DNA from: the human T2T-CHM13v2.0 reference genome, Homo sapiens
NCBI RefSeq assembly: GCF_009914755.1
Contig: NC_060929.1
Reading direction: 5' to 3' (one strand)
DNA length: 64,000 bases
The position numbers were made by a program, and so were the translations under genes. This document shows positions 13,521 to 25,603 of this stretch, in pieces; the first letter of the stretch is position 1, and the number at the start of each line of letters is the position of its first letter. A model generated the notes under the pieces. The model was not told the DNA's origin and ran no database searches. It saw only the letters and a list, made by a program, of their open reading frames with translations.

Positions 13521-14515
13521 TGGGTGCAGATGTGGCAGGTGCAGACGCGGCGTCCACAGCCAGGCCTAAAGACGGTGTCTGAAGCTGGGGAAACCCAACA
13601 GTGACTCGTTATGTAAGCGTGTGACTTAGCAAGACAGAGGAAAATGCCCAAACCGCCGGTGAGAAGGGCTCAAAGCAGTCGCTCAAAGCAGCAGGAAGTG
13701 ATGTGGCGGGAAGGCTGGTTTTAGGGACAACGGCTGAGTTTCGGTGGAGGCTTGCATGCTGTGTGACTCTTCAGACCTGGCTCATTTCACGTCGACTCTT
13801 CTTGCCCATTACGTCATTTCATCAGGCCTTACCGCGACTGCCTCAGGCCTTACCGTGGCCGCCCCAGGCTTACTTTGGTTCTTGGCTGCTTGGACTGTCT
13901 CCCCCATGCCTTCATTTTCTGCGTTTCCTTCTCGGTGTAGGTGCCTCTTGCAGGTGACGGGTCAAGGGATCTCCCCCCACACCAAGCGCCGTCTTTCACT
14001 GGGGCCCACCTACTTCTTGTGATTCTTTAGGAGCTGATTTCTGTCATCCTATTTTGTATTTTCCATTCACTGCACATCCTTTGGGTTTTTTCCTCCCCTA
14101 ACCCTCTGTTAGATAAATTGAGCTTTCTTGAACTGAAGGTGCACATTCTGCTTTTGTTCTCATGGGGATGCCTTTGAAATGAGAGCTTTCAGGTTGATTT
14201 GCTGTTTCTCAGGCTCTTCTGCGGTGATGTTCCCCCAGCAGGGCCTGTGCCGGCACAGACGCGTCCTCCGGCCCTCCCCACGTTGGCAGCACGTTGACTG
14301 TGTCTGAAGCTTAATCCCGATGTCACAGATTCTTGTCTTTGCACCTAACGTTACGTGTCTCATCCAGCCCAGGGCACCCGATCACGTCGCTCACTAACCG
14401 ATCCTTCCTCCTCCCGAGTGTTCCTCTAGCAGTCTGCTGTGGGCCTTGCTGTGAAACCTTCTGGGCACCTCCACGAGTGGGAGAACACTGCTGTGTCTTC
14501 GTGCGTGGACGGTAG

Positions 14516-14957
<442 letters not shown>

Positions 14958-15277
14958 TATTGCAGTGTTTTCTTTCTGGTGGTCGAGAGTTTTGTGGCGA
15001 CGTGTCCTCTGTGAGTTCTTCCCAGCCGAGGTCTCTCATCTTTGGTTCTGGACATTCTGTGTCTGTCGCTGCACTGGTGGTGTCCCTCTCCATTCTTGCT
15101 TTTATCTTCTGGACCTGCTGTTATCCAGGCAGGGCCCTTCTGCAGCCACCCTACTGGCTCTGGGTTTCTTGCTGGCTCTGTCTGGGTGGCAGGAGGGAGG
15201 CCCTACAAGGAGCCTCCAGGCTGCAGCTTTGTGCTCAGCTGCATTCCTGCTGGCGAATGTTTTCTCTGCTCCAGGGC

Positions 15278-15695
15278 CTCCCCTTTCCTCCCTGTGTGCT
15301 GGAACCCTCTTGTCTCTCCCCTTTCCTCCCTGTGTGCTGGAGCCCTCTTGTCTCTCCCCTTTCCTCCCTGTGTGCTGGAGCCCTCTTGTCTCTCCCCTTT
15401 CCTCCCTGTGTGCTGGAGCCCTCTTGTCTCTCCCCTTTCCTCCCTGTGTGCTGGAGCCCTCTTGTCTCTCCCCTTTCCTCCCTGTGTGCTGGAGCCCTCT
15501 TGTCTCTCCCCTTTCCTCCCTGTGTGCTGGAGCCCTCTTGTCTCTCCCCTTTCCTCCCTGTGTGCTGGAGCCCTCTTGTCTCTCCCCTTTCCTCCCTGTG
15601 TGCTGGAGCCCTCTTGTCTCTCCCCTTTCCTCCCTGTGTGCTGGAGCCCTCTTGTCTCTCCCCTTTCCTCCCTGTGTGCTGGAACCCTGCTTGTC
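15278..15695. repeat. 38-bp minisatellite, ~11 near-identical units
   Basis: Unit CTCCCCTTTCCTCCCTGTGTGCTGGAGCCCTCTTGTCT. Confidence 0.97.
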
Positions 15696-18009
15696 TTCGC
15701 CCGTTGCTTGGCTCCACTTTCCTGGCTGTGCCTCCTGTCTCTGGTCCCCGTGTGCGCTGGCTCCGATTGGGCCTGTGTGGGGCCGGACAGGGCTGGCCCT
15801 GGTTGCGTGGAGGGCAGAGGGGAGGGCAGGTGGGCAGGGCCAGCTCCTGGGTGAGGAGTTTACCTTTGAAGGGAGCACCGTGGGAGGGAGCACTTTTGCC
15901 CCGAGTCCTCCCCAGCCTGGGGGTTTGCACAAGAGGAGGGAGGGTGGGTGCTGGAGCTGGCGGTGCGGCCGTGTCAAGCTCTTGCGTCTCCGGATCTTGC
16001 CCCTCAGGCCCCGGCCCCAGCCTCCTGCTGTCGCCCCCCAGGCAGGGCTGTCTCGAGGCATCTTGGGAGGGCAAAGGCAGGACGGGAAAGTGATTTCTCC
16101 CACCTGTATTTTGACTGTGACCCCAAAGCCCCTGCCCTGGGCCGTGGCTCCCAATCTCCTCCACACCTAACCCCAGATAGCCCAAGACTTCTGGGGTTCC
16201 CTCAGCTTTTCTGGGGATCCTGTCCTCAAGTCCCCCTCCTGCCAGGTGGCCGACACTGGCTGCCCTGCGTCCCCATTCCCTGAATGACACTGGTGCGGAA
16301 TGCAGACAGAGGGGGCCTGGGAGACACGAGCCCCGGTGGTGGGATGCAGTTAGCTGAACGCCAGGCTGAGCAGGGTCCGAAAATTAGGGGAATAAAAGTC
16401 CCGGGAGAGGACAAGGTGGCAAACAGGAAGGGCAGCTGACTCACCAGCCCAGAGCAGGGGAATCTCACCAGTTCCCTGAAACAGAGCTTCTCAGCTCCAG
16501 GACTGGACAGGCAGCTTCCCAGAGGCCACTGCAGGCCAGGTCATCAGAAGCGCCTGCTCCAGCTCCCACCCTGCCTGTGCCCAGTGGCAGCCGAGCAGGG
16601 CCTCACAAAAACAGCTGTGAGAACAGCCTTGCGTGTCTGGAAGCCCCAAGCCGCTCGGCAGACGGTCATCGGGCCGCGCTGCTGCTCTGGTGTGGTTTCT
16701 GGAAAATTCCTGAGAAGTCCCCAGGAACCAAAGTGTCCAGCAGTTGAAATTTAACAAGTGGGGAGACACTCCTCCGCCACAGGCTGCTGTCCTAAAGAAA
16801 GGCCTAGAAGCCCTCCCAGCTGGGGCTGCGCACACGTTCCTGTGAGGGACCCTTTGGGAGAGGATTGAGTGAGGGGAACAGGAGGTGAAGCAAAAGGGAT
16901 GAGCGTCCCCTTCCTCCAGCTTCCTCCATGCAGTGATGTTGCCTGGCTCTAAGGGGCTCCTGGTACGAGGATTAGGAGGCCATGGGTCGTCCAGAAACTC
17001 AGGCCAGAAGCGAAGGTATAAAACACCAGATGGTAACACAGGACCACAACTCAGGAGGCTCTGGGAGCACAAAGTGGGGGTACCGGGGAAACGAGCCCGG
17101 GAGGGTAAGAGAGGGATGGGGCAGTGGGGGCCTGCAGCCCAGGAGCGGGAGGGTCCCAGCCCCCATGACAAGGCGGCAACCCAGACAGAGGGGCCCCGGG
17201 CCTTGGGCCTGTCCTGGCCAGGACAAATGCAGGGTATGCCCTCCTGCCCTCCTTCTGGGCCTGGCACCCCCATCCTCAGGGGAGGCATGGGGGCTGGAAA
17301 GGACGGCCGTGTGGGGACAGCAGGCTGGGAGGGGGCATCCCACACCCCCCTTTGTCCCTGACTTTAGAGGTGATGGGGGTGGAGAACCAAGCCCCGCATA
17401 CCATGGCTGGGGTCTGTGTGTCTGGGGGTACTGAGGCGGGCGGCCCCAGCCTCACCCTGGCATACGCCGGCCACCGTGGAGAGAGCTCCATGATGCCCAA
17501 GCCTGCTCCTGCCTCTGTTCTGGGCACTTTCCCACAAGCCCCACAGAACACACTTGGCCTCATCTCCTGGCCTGGCATTTTCTGCCGCTTCTTCGGCCTT
17601 TCTGCTAAGAGAAATCCACGTTTTACCGTCTGTTGTAGCTGCTGGGCCTGCTGTTCCGAAACTCCTTTCAAGTGGCTTTCATTTCAGGAGTCCATCAGAT
17701 GTATGTAATAAATAAAGGTATGGCCAGAGGTTTCACCAGGGAGGAAGCATGCCGGCCCTGCAGCTGGCCTGAGAGTGGGCACAGCAGGAAGGTAGTCCAG
17801 CTCCCCCTGCATTCGCCTGCCCGCCCTCTCCCCGACCCCCACCCGCCCATCCACATCCCAGGCCAGTTCCAGGAGGCTGGGGACCCCCGCCCAGCTGGGT
17901 CAGAGTGCCCGGCTCCTTGCCCACCTCAGAGGCTGCTGCAGGTGTCTGGGGCCCACACCGGCCTCTCTGTGACTTTTAGATCTCCAGGACTCTCCACCAT
18001 TTACCCCTA

Positions 18010-19495
18010 CTGTCCATGTTAGCCCCTGACCATCCACGTTAGCCCCTGACCATCCATGTAGCCCCTGACCATCCATGTTAGCCCCTGACCATCCACGTAG
18101 CCCCTGACCATCCACGTAGCCCCTGACCATCCACGTAGCCCCTGACCATCCATGTTAGCCCCTGACCATCCATGTTAGCCCCTGACCATCCACGTAGCTC
18201 CTGACCATCCATGTTAGCCCCTGACCATCCACATAGCCCCTGACCATCCACGTAGCCCCTGACCATCCACGTAGCCCCTGACCATCCACGTAGCTCCTGA
18301 CCGTCCATGTTAGCCCCTGACCATGTTAGCCCCTGACCATCCCTGTTAGCCCCTGACCATCCATGTAGCCCCTGACCATCCATGTTAGCCCCTGACCATC
18401 CACGTAGCCCCTGACCATCCATGTTAGCCCCTGACCATCCCTGTTAGCCCCTGACCATCCACGTAGCTCCTGACCATCCATGTTAGCCCCTGACCATCCA
18501 CATAGCCCCTGACCATCCACGTAGCCCCTGACCATCCACGTAGCCCCTGACCGTCCACGTAGCTCCTGACCGTCCATGTTAGCCCCTGACCATGTTAGCC
18601 CCTGACCATCCCTGTTAGCCCCTGACCATCCACGTAGCTCCTGACCATCCATGTTAGCCCCTGACCATCCACATAGCCCCTGACCATCCACGTAGCCCCT
18701 GACCATCCATGTAGCCCCTGACCATCCACGTAGCCCCTGACCGTCCACGTAGCTCCTGACCGTCCACGTAGCTCCTGACCGTCCATGTTAGCCCCTGACC
18801 GTCCACGTAGCCCCTGACCATCCACGTAGCCCCTGACCGTCCACGTAGCTCCTGACCGTCCATGTTAGCCCCTGACCATGTTAGCCCCTGACCATCCCTG
18901 TTAGCCCCTGACCATCCACGTAGCTCCTGACCATCCATGTTAGCCCCTGACCATCCACGTAGCCCCTGACCATCCACGTAGCCCCTGACCATCCACATAG
19001 CTCCTGACCATCCACGTAGCCCCTGACCATCCACGTAGCCCCTGACCATCCACGTAGCTCCTGACCATCCATGTTAGCCCCTGACCATCCACGTAGCTCC
19101 TGACCATCCACGTAGCCCCTGACCATCCACGTAGCTCCTGACCATCCACGTAGCTCCTGACCGTCCATGTTAGCCCCTGACCATCCACGTAGCCCCTGAC
19201 CATCCACGTAGCTCCTGACCATCCACGTAGCTCCTGACCATCCACGTAGCTCCTGACCATCCATGTTAGCCCCTGACCATCCACGTAGCTCCTGACCATC
19301 CACGTAGCCCCTGACCATCCGTGTTAGCCCCTGACCTTCCGCGTTAGCCCCGACATTCCGCGTTAGCCCCAACCGTACACCTTAGCCCCTGATTGTCCGC
19401 ATTAGCCCCGACTGTCTGGTTAGCCCCTGACTGTCCACCTTAGCCCCTGACCATCCACATAAGCCCCTGACTGTCCAGTTAGCCTCTGACCATCT
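18010..19495. repeat. 19/20-bp minisatellite, ~75 units
   Basis: Units AGC(C/T)CCTGACC(A/G)TCCACGT and AGCCCCTGACCATCCATGTT; degenerate at the 3' end. Confidence 0.97.
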
Positions 19496-20869
19496 GTGGT
19501 CACTGAGCCGGGTGCACAGAGTTCTATTCAGTGGTGTTCACTCGGCCCCTGCTCTGCCCTCGGCTCAGCTGGGCTTGGACCCTTGCATCCCAGGCTCTCC
19601 CCAGCAGGCAGTGTCAGCACAGGTGAGGGTCCTGGGCCTGCCCCTGGTGGAAGGAGTGTGTTTGTGCCAAACCGGGTTTCAGGCGCCGTGCGTGCCCCAC
19701 CCCCCTTGGCTGTTACTCCGTTTTAAGCTGCCGACACTGGGAGGAGGCATTGCCGTTGTCACCGATGGGCTTCTGTGAGAAGGGCTGGGCTGGCAGGGCC
19801 TTCTGCCGCCAGGCCTGGGTCCTGCGGGCTCCGGAGGCCGTGAGTGGCCCTCAGCAAACTGTGGGTCTGTGTGTGGCCCTGGCTCCAGCAGCCGCCCCCG
19901 TCTGTTCTGGGTGGATTTTCCCCACCCGAGGTCACTGGTGCACCTGGGACCCCCCTGCCAACATGCCCAGCACCACCGTGGCGCACCTCATTCCTCTCGA
20001 GGACCAAGCAGCCGCAGCTCCCGCTCAATGCCCACCTCTCGGCCTCATGGCTGCTTCCCTGCCATTGGTTTCCTACCGGGTGGTTCTTATCCCCATGCCA
20101 CCTTCCTTGTCTGCTCTGAAGCAGCTGGGTCAGCGCGGAGCTCCCTCGGGCTCTCCTGGGTGTGGAGCCGCAGGTGCAGAGGGACGGCCCAGGCCAACTC
20201 TAGCCCCAGGGTCTCTGAGGCCGGGGCTGGTGGTGCAGGACACACCCAGGGCGTGGGGTCCCAGGCTTAGGGATCGGCAGGGGTGGCTCCCCAACCACCA
20301 GGACCCCGGCAGGATGGGCCTGGCGCTTCTGGAGGGAGATTCACTGTGGTAACCGTCAGCTGCCTTTGTTTATGAGTTGTAAGTCTGCTTCTTGTGAAGT
20401 GCGTTTCACACTCAGGGTGTTTGCACTCAGAAAGCGGGTCCTGGTTTTAAAAGCATAAGTTTTGTTCTCTAGAAAATGACATCAACTTTAGACGTCAGAT
20501 TGCCTGTCCAGCACAGCCATTTGCCCTCCAGTCACAGAGACAGCGGGTGCTGCCCTGATCACTGGAGGGTGCCTGGTGCTGCTGCTCACCGCCGCCCTCA
20601 CAGACGCTCACTGTTGCCGTCCCATCTTTCGCAGGAGGAAACCAAGGCCCAGAGAGGTGAATTAACTCGCCAAGGGTTCGCAGCAAAGGTGAGGGCGGAG
20701 GCGGCGTCAGCACTGGCTGGTCTCTCAGCCAGAAGGGGGCCCAGGACACCGGGTTAACCGAGCGGGGCTGCAGTGGGCGTCAGGAGGGACTGCCTGGGGG
20801 CCGCCATCTGCCTGCTCTTCTAGGGCCCCGGGGCTTCAGTCAGCCTCCCACTCTGTGGCCATCCGGCCA

Positions 20870-21360
20870 GCTGCATTCTCAAGAACTGTTTTCAAATGTC
20901 GGAGCTGCTCCGTGGAAGAGAGTCAAGCCTGCGTTTACTGTTTGTGGGATCTATAAACAGCCAGTTATTCAGCTCCCCAAGCAAGAGCGCTGCCTCGCAC
21001 GCACGCAAGCCCCATGGAGCGGCCCCTGTGAGTGATCTGCCTCCAGGAGGCCGGGCCAGCTGCCCCGACGCCCGCCCGGTGCCCGCTCGCGTGACTAGCC
21101 GCCGTGTTGTGGCTCCGTAACCGTGGCAACGGCTCTCAGGGGAGCACAATACTCCCAACTTCCCTTTACTCCGAGGAGGGGCAGCCAGGGGGATGTGGAG
21201 GGTTGTTCCTTTTTCCCTCATTTTCCCTCTGCCATGACCTTGACAAAAATAATCTTTGAAGTACTTGCCGGCTATTTTTTCTGCCCTGGAACTGGAAGAG
21301 ATCAGGATATTTAAAGGGTTTGACAGAGGAAGTTCCGGCTTTCTCAGAACGTTTGCCCCA
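20870..21360. promoter_or_regulatory. Candidate AHR-responsive intronic enhancer
   Basis: CpG-rich; full XREs CACGCAA 21002-21008 and TCGCGTGAC 21087-21095; RFX-like GTAACCGTGGCAAC 21117-21130; FOX TAAACA ~20954; STAT TTCTCAGAA 21341-21349. Confidence 0.5.
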
Positions 21361-22759
21361 TTCCCTGCGGTCCCTGGGGGAGAGCGTGGCTCCAGCCCTC
21401 ACCTGCCTCGGCCCTCACCTGCCCCGACCTCCGTTGTCCTTGCGAAGTGGCAGGTGCGCCGTTTCCTGACGTTCAGTAACAGCACATGGATGTGATCTTT
21501 TTCCCCTTAAAAAAAGTAGAGCCTTAACCTTAGAGCCAAATCCTTTTTCCGTTTGGAAAAGTGATCTCATTTTCCATGGACCACGTTTAAAAAAAAAACA
21601 AAACTTTTGTAGGATTAGAAAGGCAGAGGGAGAGAAAACAAACAGACGTTCGAGATGCATATTTGAAAGATGGGCCCACATGTGTAAAAGTATTTGGCAT
21701 GACAATGCTGGACCAGAAGTCAATCTGATATTGAATCCATATGACACGGCAAACAGCATTTTATGGTCTTTAAAAAAAAATTCTGCCTTGTGAGTTAAAA
21801 TTAAGGTTGCTTTTGGTTGTGACTAATCTCATAAAATCTTTTTTAAGAAGACATTTTATATACTCAAGCCTTGAAAATTTCTTTGGTCTTTGAACTATTA
21901 TTAGTAGGACATCATCAGTATGTGGCAACCGCTGAATTGGGAAAAGCTGTGGCAGGAGCCGGCGGGCACAGACCTCTCCCAGCAGTGCCAGGAAGGGCTG
22001 GGGGCTGAGGACCCGAGGCCCTGGTGCACACCCCTCCAGCCCGTGTGGGGCGGGAGTGAGGCCCCTCAGTGTCACCACTGCCCGGCTCAGAGCGGGCAGT
22101 TGGATGGCAACTCTGTTCCCTTTCAGCAGATGCCCCCCAGGCCACATGGCCCCCGGCTGCTTCACGTTCTCACCTGTTTTCTAACAACCCCTTGGGGTGC
22201 ACCCCACGTCATCTCACCCTGTCTCTGCCTAAATCCAAGGGGAGGGAGGGGCTGCAGGAGTCTGAGGGGTGGATGCCAGCCTGAGGGGCCAGCCTGAGGC
22301 ACAGTGGTAGTTTGGGTCCCCTAGTTCCAGACACAGCTGCTGGCCCCTAAGATGGGAGCCGCTGTAGAGAAAGGGCCTCGATGCCACAGGTGCCGGCTCT
22401 GGGCCAGGCTTTCTGGGTTGCTCCCTGTCTGCATCACCACTTGCGAAGGGGGTGGGATTGGCCCATGGTCCCTCCATGGCCACAAAGTCCCTGACCTCCA
22501 TTGGCGCCAGCCCAGGGCCTAGATCTTGCTGAGCACAGGCAGGGACGATCCTGGGCCCTCGTGGGTACTCCCCACGGTCAACTCCAGGCAGGACAAGAAC
22601 TCCAGGAGTTCCAGGGTGAAGCTGTGAAGCCAGGGCAGGCGGATGCGGCGGCGAAAGGCAGGTCAAGTGCTCCTGGCACCATCGTTCCACAGGATGCCAG
22701 CTCTGCGGGGCACAGAGTGTGATTTAACCCTCGCCGCAGCTTCTGAGTCACCGTTTCTC

Positions 22760-24380
22760 CCAGGTAGGGATTGCAGAGAAGAGCAAAGTGTCGTGAAGTG
22801 ATTTCAGCCTGAGCTACCTTCCTTCTGGAAATGCAGCCACAGCAGCCATGTTCCCAACCAAAGCAAGGGGGCAACCAAGCCTCCGTTGACAGGTGGGTGG
22901 GTTAGCAAGAGGTATCTACCTACAGAGGAGGAGTATTCAGCCTTAAAAAGAGCGGGGCAGCAAAAGAGAAATACGCAGACAGGCCTGCACCAAACTGAAA
23001 AACTTTTGCCCAGCAAAGGAAACCGTCAACACAATGAAGAGGCAGCCTATGGAATGGGAGGACGCATTTGCCAACCATACATCTCACTGGCGGGAAAGAC
23101 CCCACATACATAAGGAACCCAGCCAACTCAAGAGGAAGAAAAAACCCCATTAAAAACCAGGAAAAGGACCTGATAGACGCTTCTCCAAAGGAGACACAAA
23201 ATGGCCAGTTTGTAGGTGGAAAGGTGCTCGGCATCGCCAGGCACAGGGAAGTGCAAATGGAAACCGTCAGCGAGCTCCTCTCACACCATCAGGACAGCTG
23301 TTTCAAAAAGATGGAAGGCAGTCGTTGATGAGGGTGTGGAGAGAAGGGGACCCTCGTGCACTGTTGGCGGGAAGGCAGTCGTTGATGAGGGTGTGGAGAG
23401 AAGGGGACCCTCGTGCACTGTTGGCGGGAAGGCAGTCGTTGTTGAGGGTGTGGAGAGAAGGGGACCCTCGTGCACTGTTGGCGGGAAGGCAGTCGTTGTT
23501 GAGGGTGTGGAGAGAAGGGGACCCTCGTGCACTGTTGGCGGGAAGGCAGTCGTTGATGAGGGTGTGGAGAGAAGGGGACCCTCGTGCACTGTTGGCGGGA
23601 AGGTAGATTAGTGTAGATGTGTTGGAAGGCTACATGGAGCTTCCTCAAAAAATTCAAAATGGAAAACGGAACTTCCATGCAACGCAGCAGCCCCCCTGCT
23701 GGGCATTTACCCAAATTAAAAATGGAACTTCCATGCAACGCAGCAGTCCCCCTGCCGGGCATTTACCCAAAGGAGCTGAAACCAGAATCAGAGACACCAG
23801 TAGCCAAGACATGGAGACAACCTGCATGTCCACCAGTGAATGCACAGATAAAGAAAATGCTCTGTGTATACACCATGGAATCCTGTTCAACCAGAAAAAG
23901 AAGGGAATCCTGGTATTTGCAAACCACGGATGAACCTGGAGGACATGGTGCTCAGTGAAATAAGTCATGCACAGACAGTTCTGCGTGATCTCACTCATAT
24001 GTGGAATCTAAAAAAGTGGAACTCATCGAAACCGAGAGTCAGTGGTTACCAGGGGCCGGGGGTGTGGGAGGGGGATAAAGAAGGAAGGAAGGAAATGGAC
24101 ACGCACTGTGGCTCGGATCCACCTTGACGACTCTGCGGAGTGAAACAAAGTCAAAGCCTGCTTGATTCGCTCAGATGAGGTCCCCAGTGTAGGCAAATTC
24201 GGAGGCAGAAAGCGGGTGGGACGTACCGGGCTGAGGAGGGGAGTGGGGGTGAGTGTTTAATGTGGTCAGAGTTTCAGTTTGGGAGGGTGGGAATGTTCTG
24301 AAGATGGACGGTCATGATGGTTGCACAACAATGTGGACGTGCTTAATGCCACTGAGCTCAAAATGACTGAAATTTAACCA
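22760..24380 (+). mobile_element. L1MB-like 3' region
   Basis: aaactgaaaaacttttgcccagcaaaggaaac, gatgaacctggaggacatggtgctcagtgaaataag, agagtttcagtttgggag...gttctgaagatgga; resumes at 25604 after the Alu and MTIF3 insertions. Confidence 0.8.
23313..23603. repeat. 57-bp tandem repeat x5 derived from L1 sequence
   Basis: GGAAGGCAGTCGTTGATGAGGGTGTGGAGAGAAGGGGACCCTCGTGCACTGTTGGCG at 57-nt period. Confidence 0.95.
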
Positions 24381-24384
24381 CTTA

Positions 24385-24685
<301 letters not shown>

Positions 24686-24713
24686 GTAACCACTTTAAAT
24701 AGTTAAAATGGTA

Positions 24714-25603
24714 TTTTTTTTTTTTAACTTTCTCTCAGAGGCATATTTTTCCGTATTAAAATTACTGATGCAGAACATTTGATTCCTTATCATTTCCATG
24801 GTCTTTGTTCAAAGGGTCTCTTTCCTGGGTCTCTTGAGTTTCTCGATATGCCTTCTCTTCCTTTTTGCTCAAAGGACAAAGAACCCACATTAAAGCTTTT
24901 CCTCCTTGAACAGCTTGTGGCCTAGATGAGAATGTAGCTATTCCAGGCACAGTCTGGAGTATTTGATGAAATATCTCCTCCACTTTATTTTCTGACTCGT
25001 CTACATTTTCTGCTTTCTTTACAGTAATTCGAACTTGGTGTTTTTTCTTAATCCACGGCTGAATCTGTTTAGTCTTTGCATCCAAATCATGTTGTCCAGC
25101 GTTTGAAGAAAAAGTCAGTTCCGTTGTCAGGGTTGGTCCAGGTTTGGGGTTACCCTTCTCCGTCTCTCTCAGCCTCAGCCGTTCCTGGTGGGTCTGCATT
25201 CCTGTCACGAGCTGGTCTTCTGCAGCCTTTGAACCCGTCGCAGCTCTCGCTCATCCATGAGTCTAATCACATCTGCTCCATGCATGTTCCCAAATCATTG
25301 CCCTTCTCATCAAACATGTGAATAATTCGCTAATTTTTCTTCCAGTGTTACTAAAAGCTGTTTCACTCTTTTTTTTTTCTTTTTTCCTTCATTCTGGGTG
25401 TCTTCAGTGGTCCTAAAGCCTTTTGCATGATTTAGGAAGGAGAGTCTTGGGGCAGAAGCAACAGGGGACCACTGTGCTGGTGCTGTCGTGCACGGTGTGT
25501 TCACCAAAACATCTAACGCAACTATTTTCAGACTTTACGGTTTGTAGTGATAACCTCTTCAGAAAAAGAGCAGGCGTCCTGGGCCGGGGCAGGCGATTGG
25601 TAC
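24714..25603 (-). pseudogene. Processed pseudogene of MTIF3 (mitochondrial translation initiation factor 3)
   Basis: Minus-strand translations resemble MTIF3 (ALFLKRLSLQTVKSENSC...; ...[13 protein letters not shown]...[15 protein letters not shown]); intronless; start codon ATG>ACG at 25577-25575; frameshifts; T12 tract 24714-24725; flanking direct repeat TAAAATGGTA at 24704-24713 and 25604-25613. Confidence 0.93.

Noticed and set aside
12356-13651. Long overlapping ORFs (up to 431 aa) on both strands
   Set aside because: Products of a stop-poor 49-bp VNTR; repetitive translation with no domain
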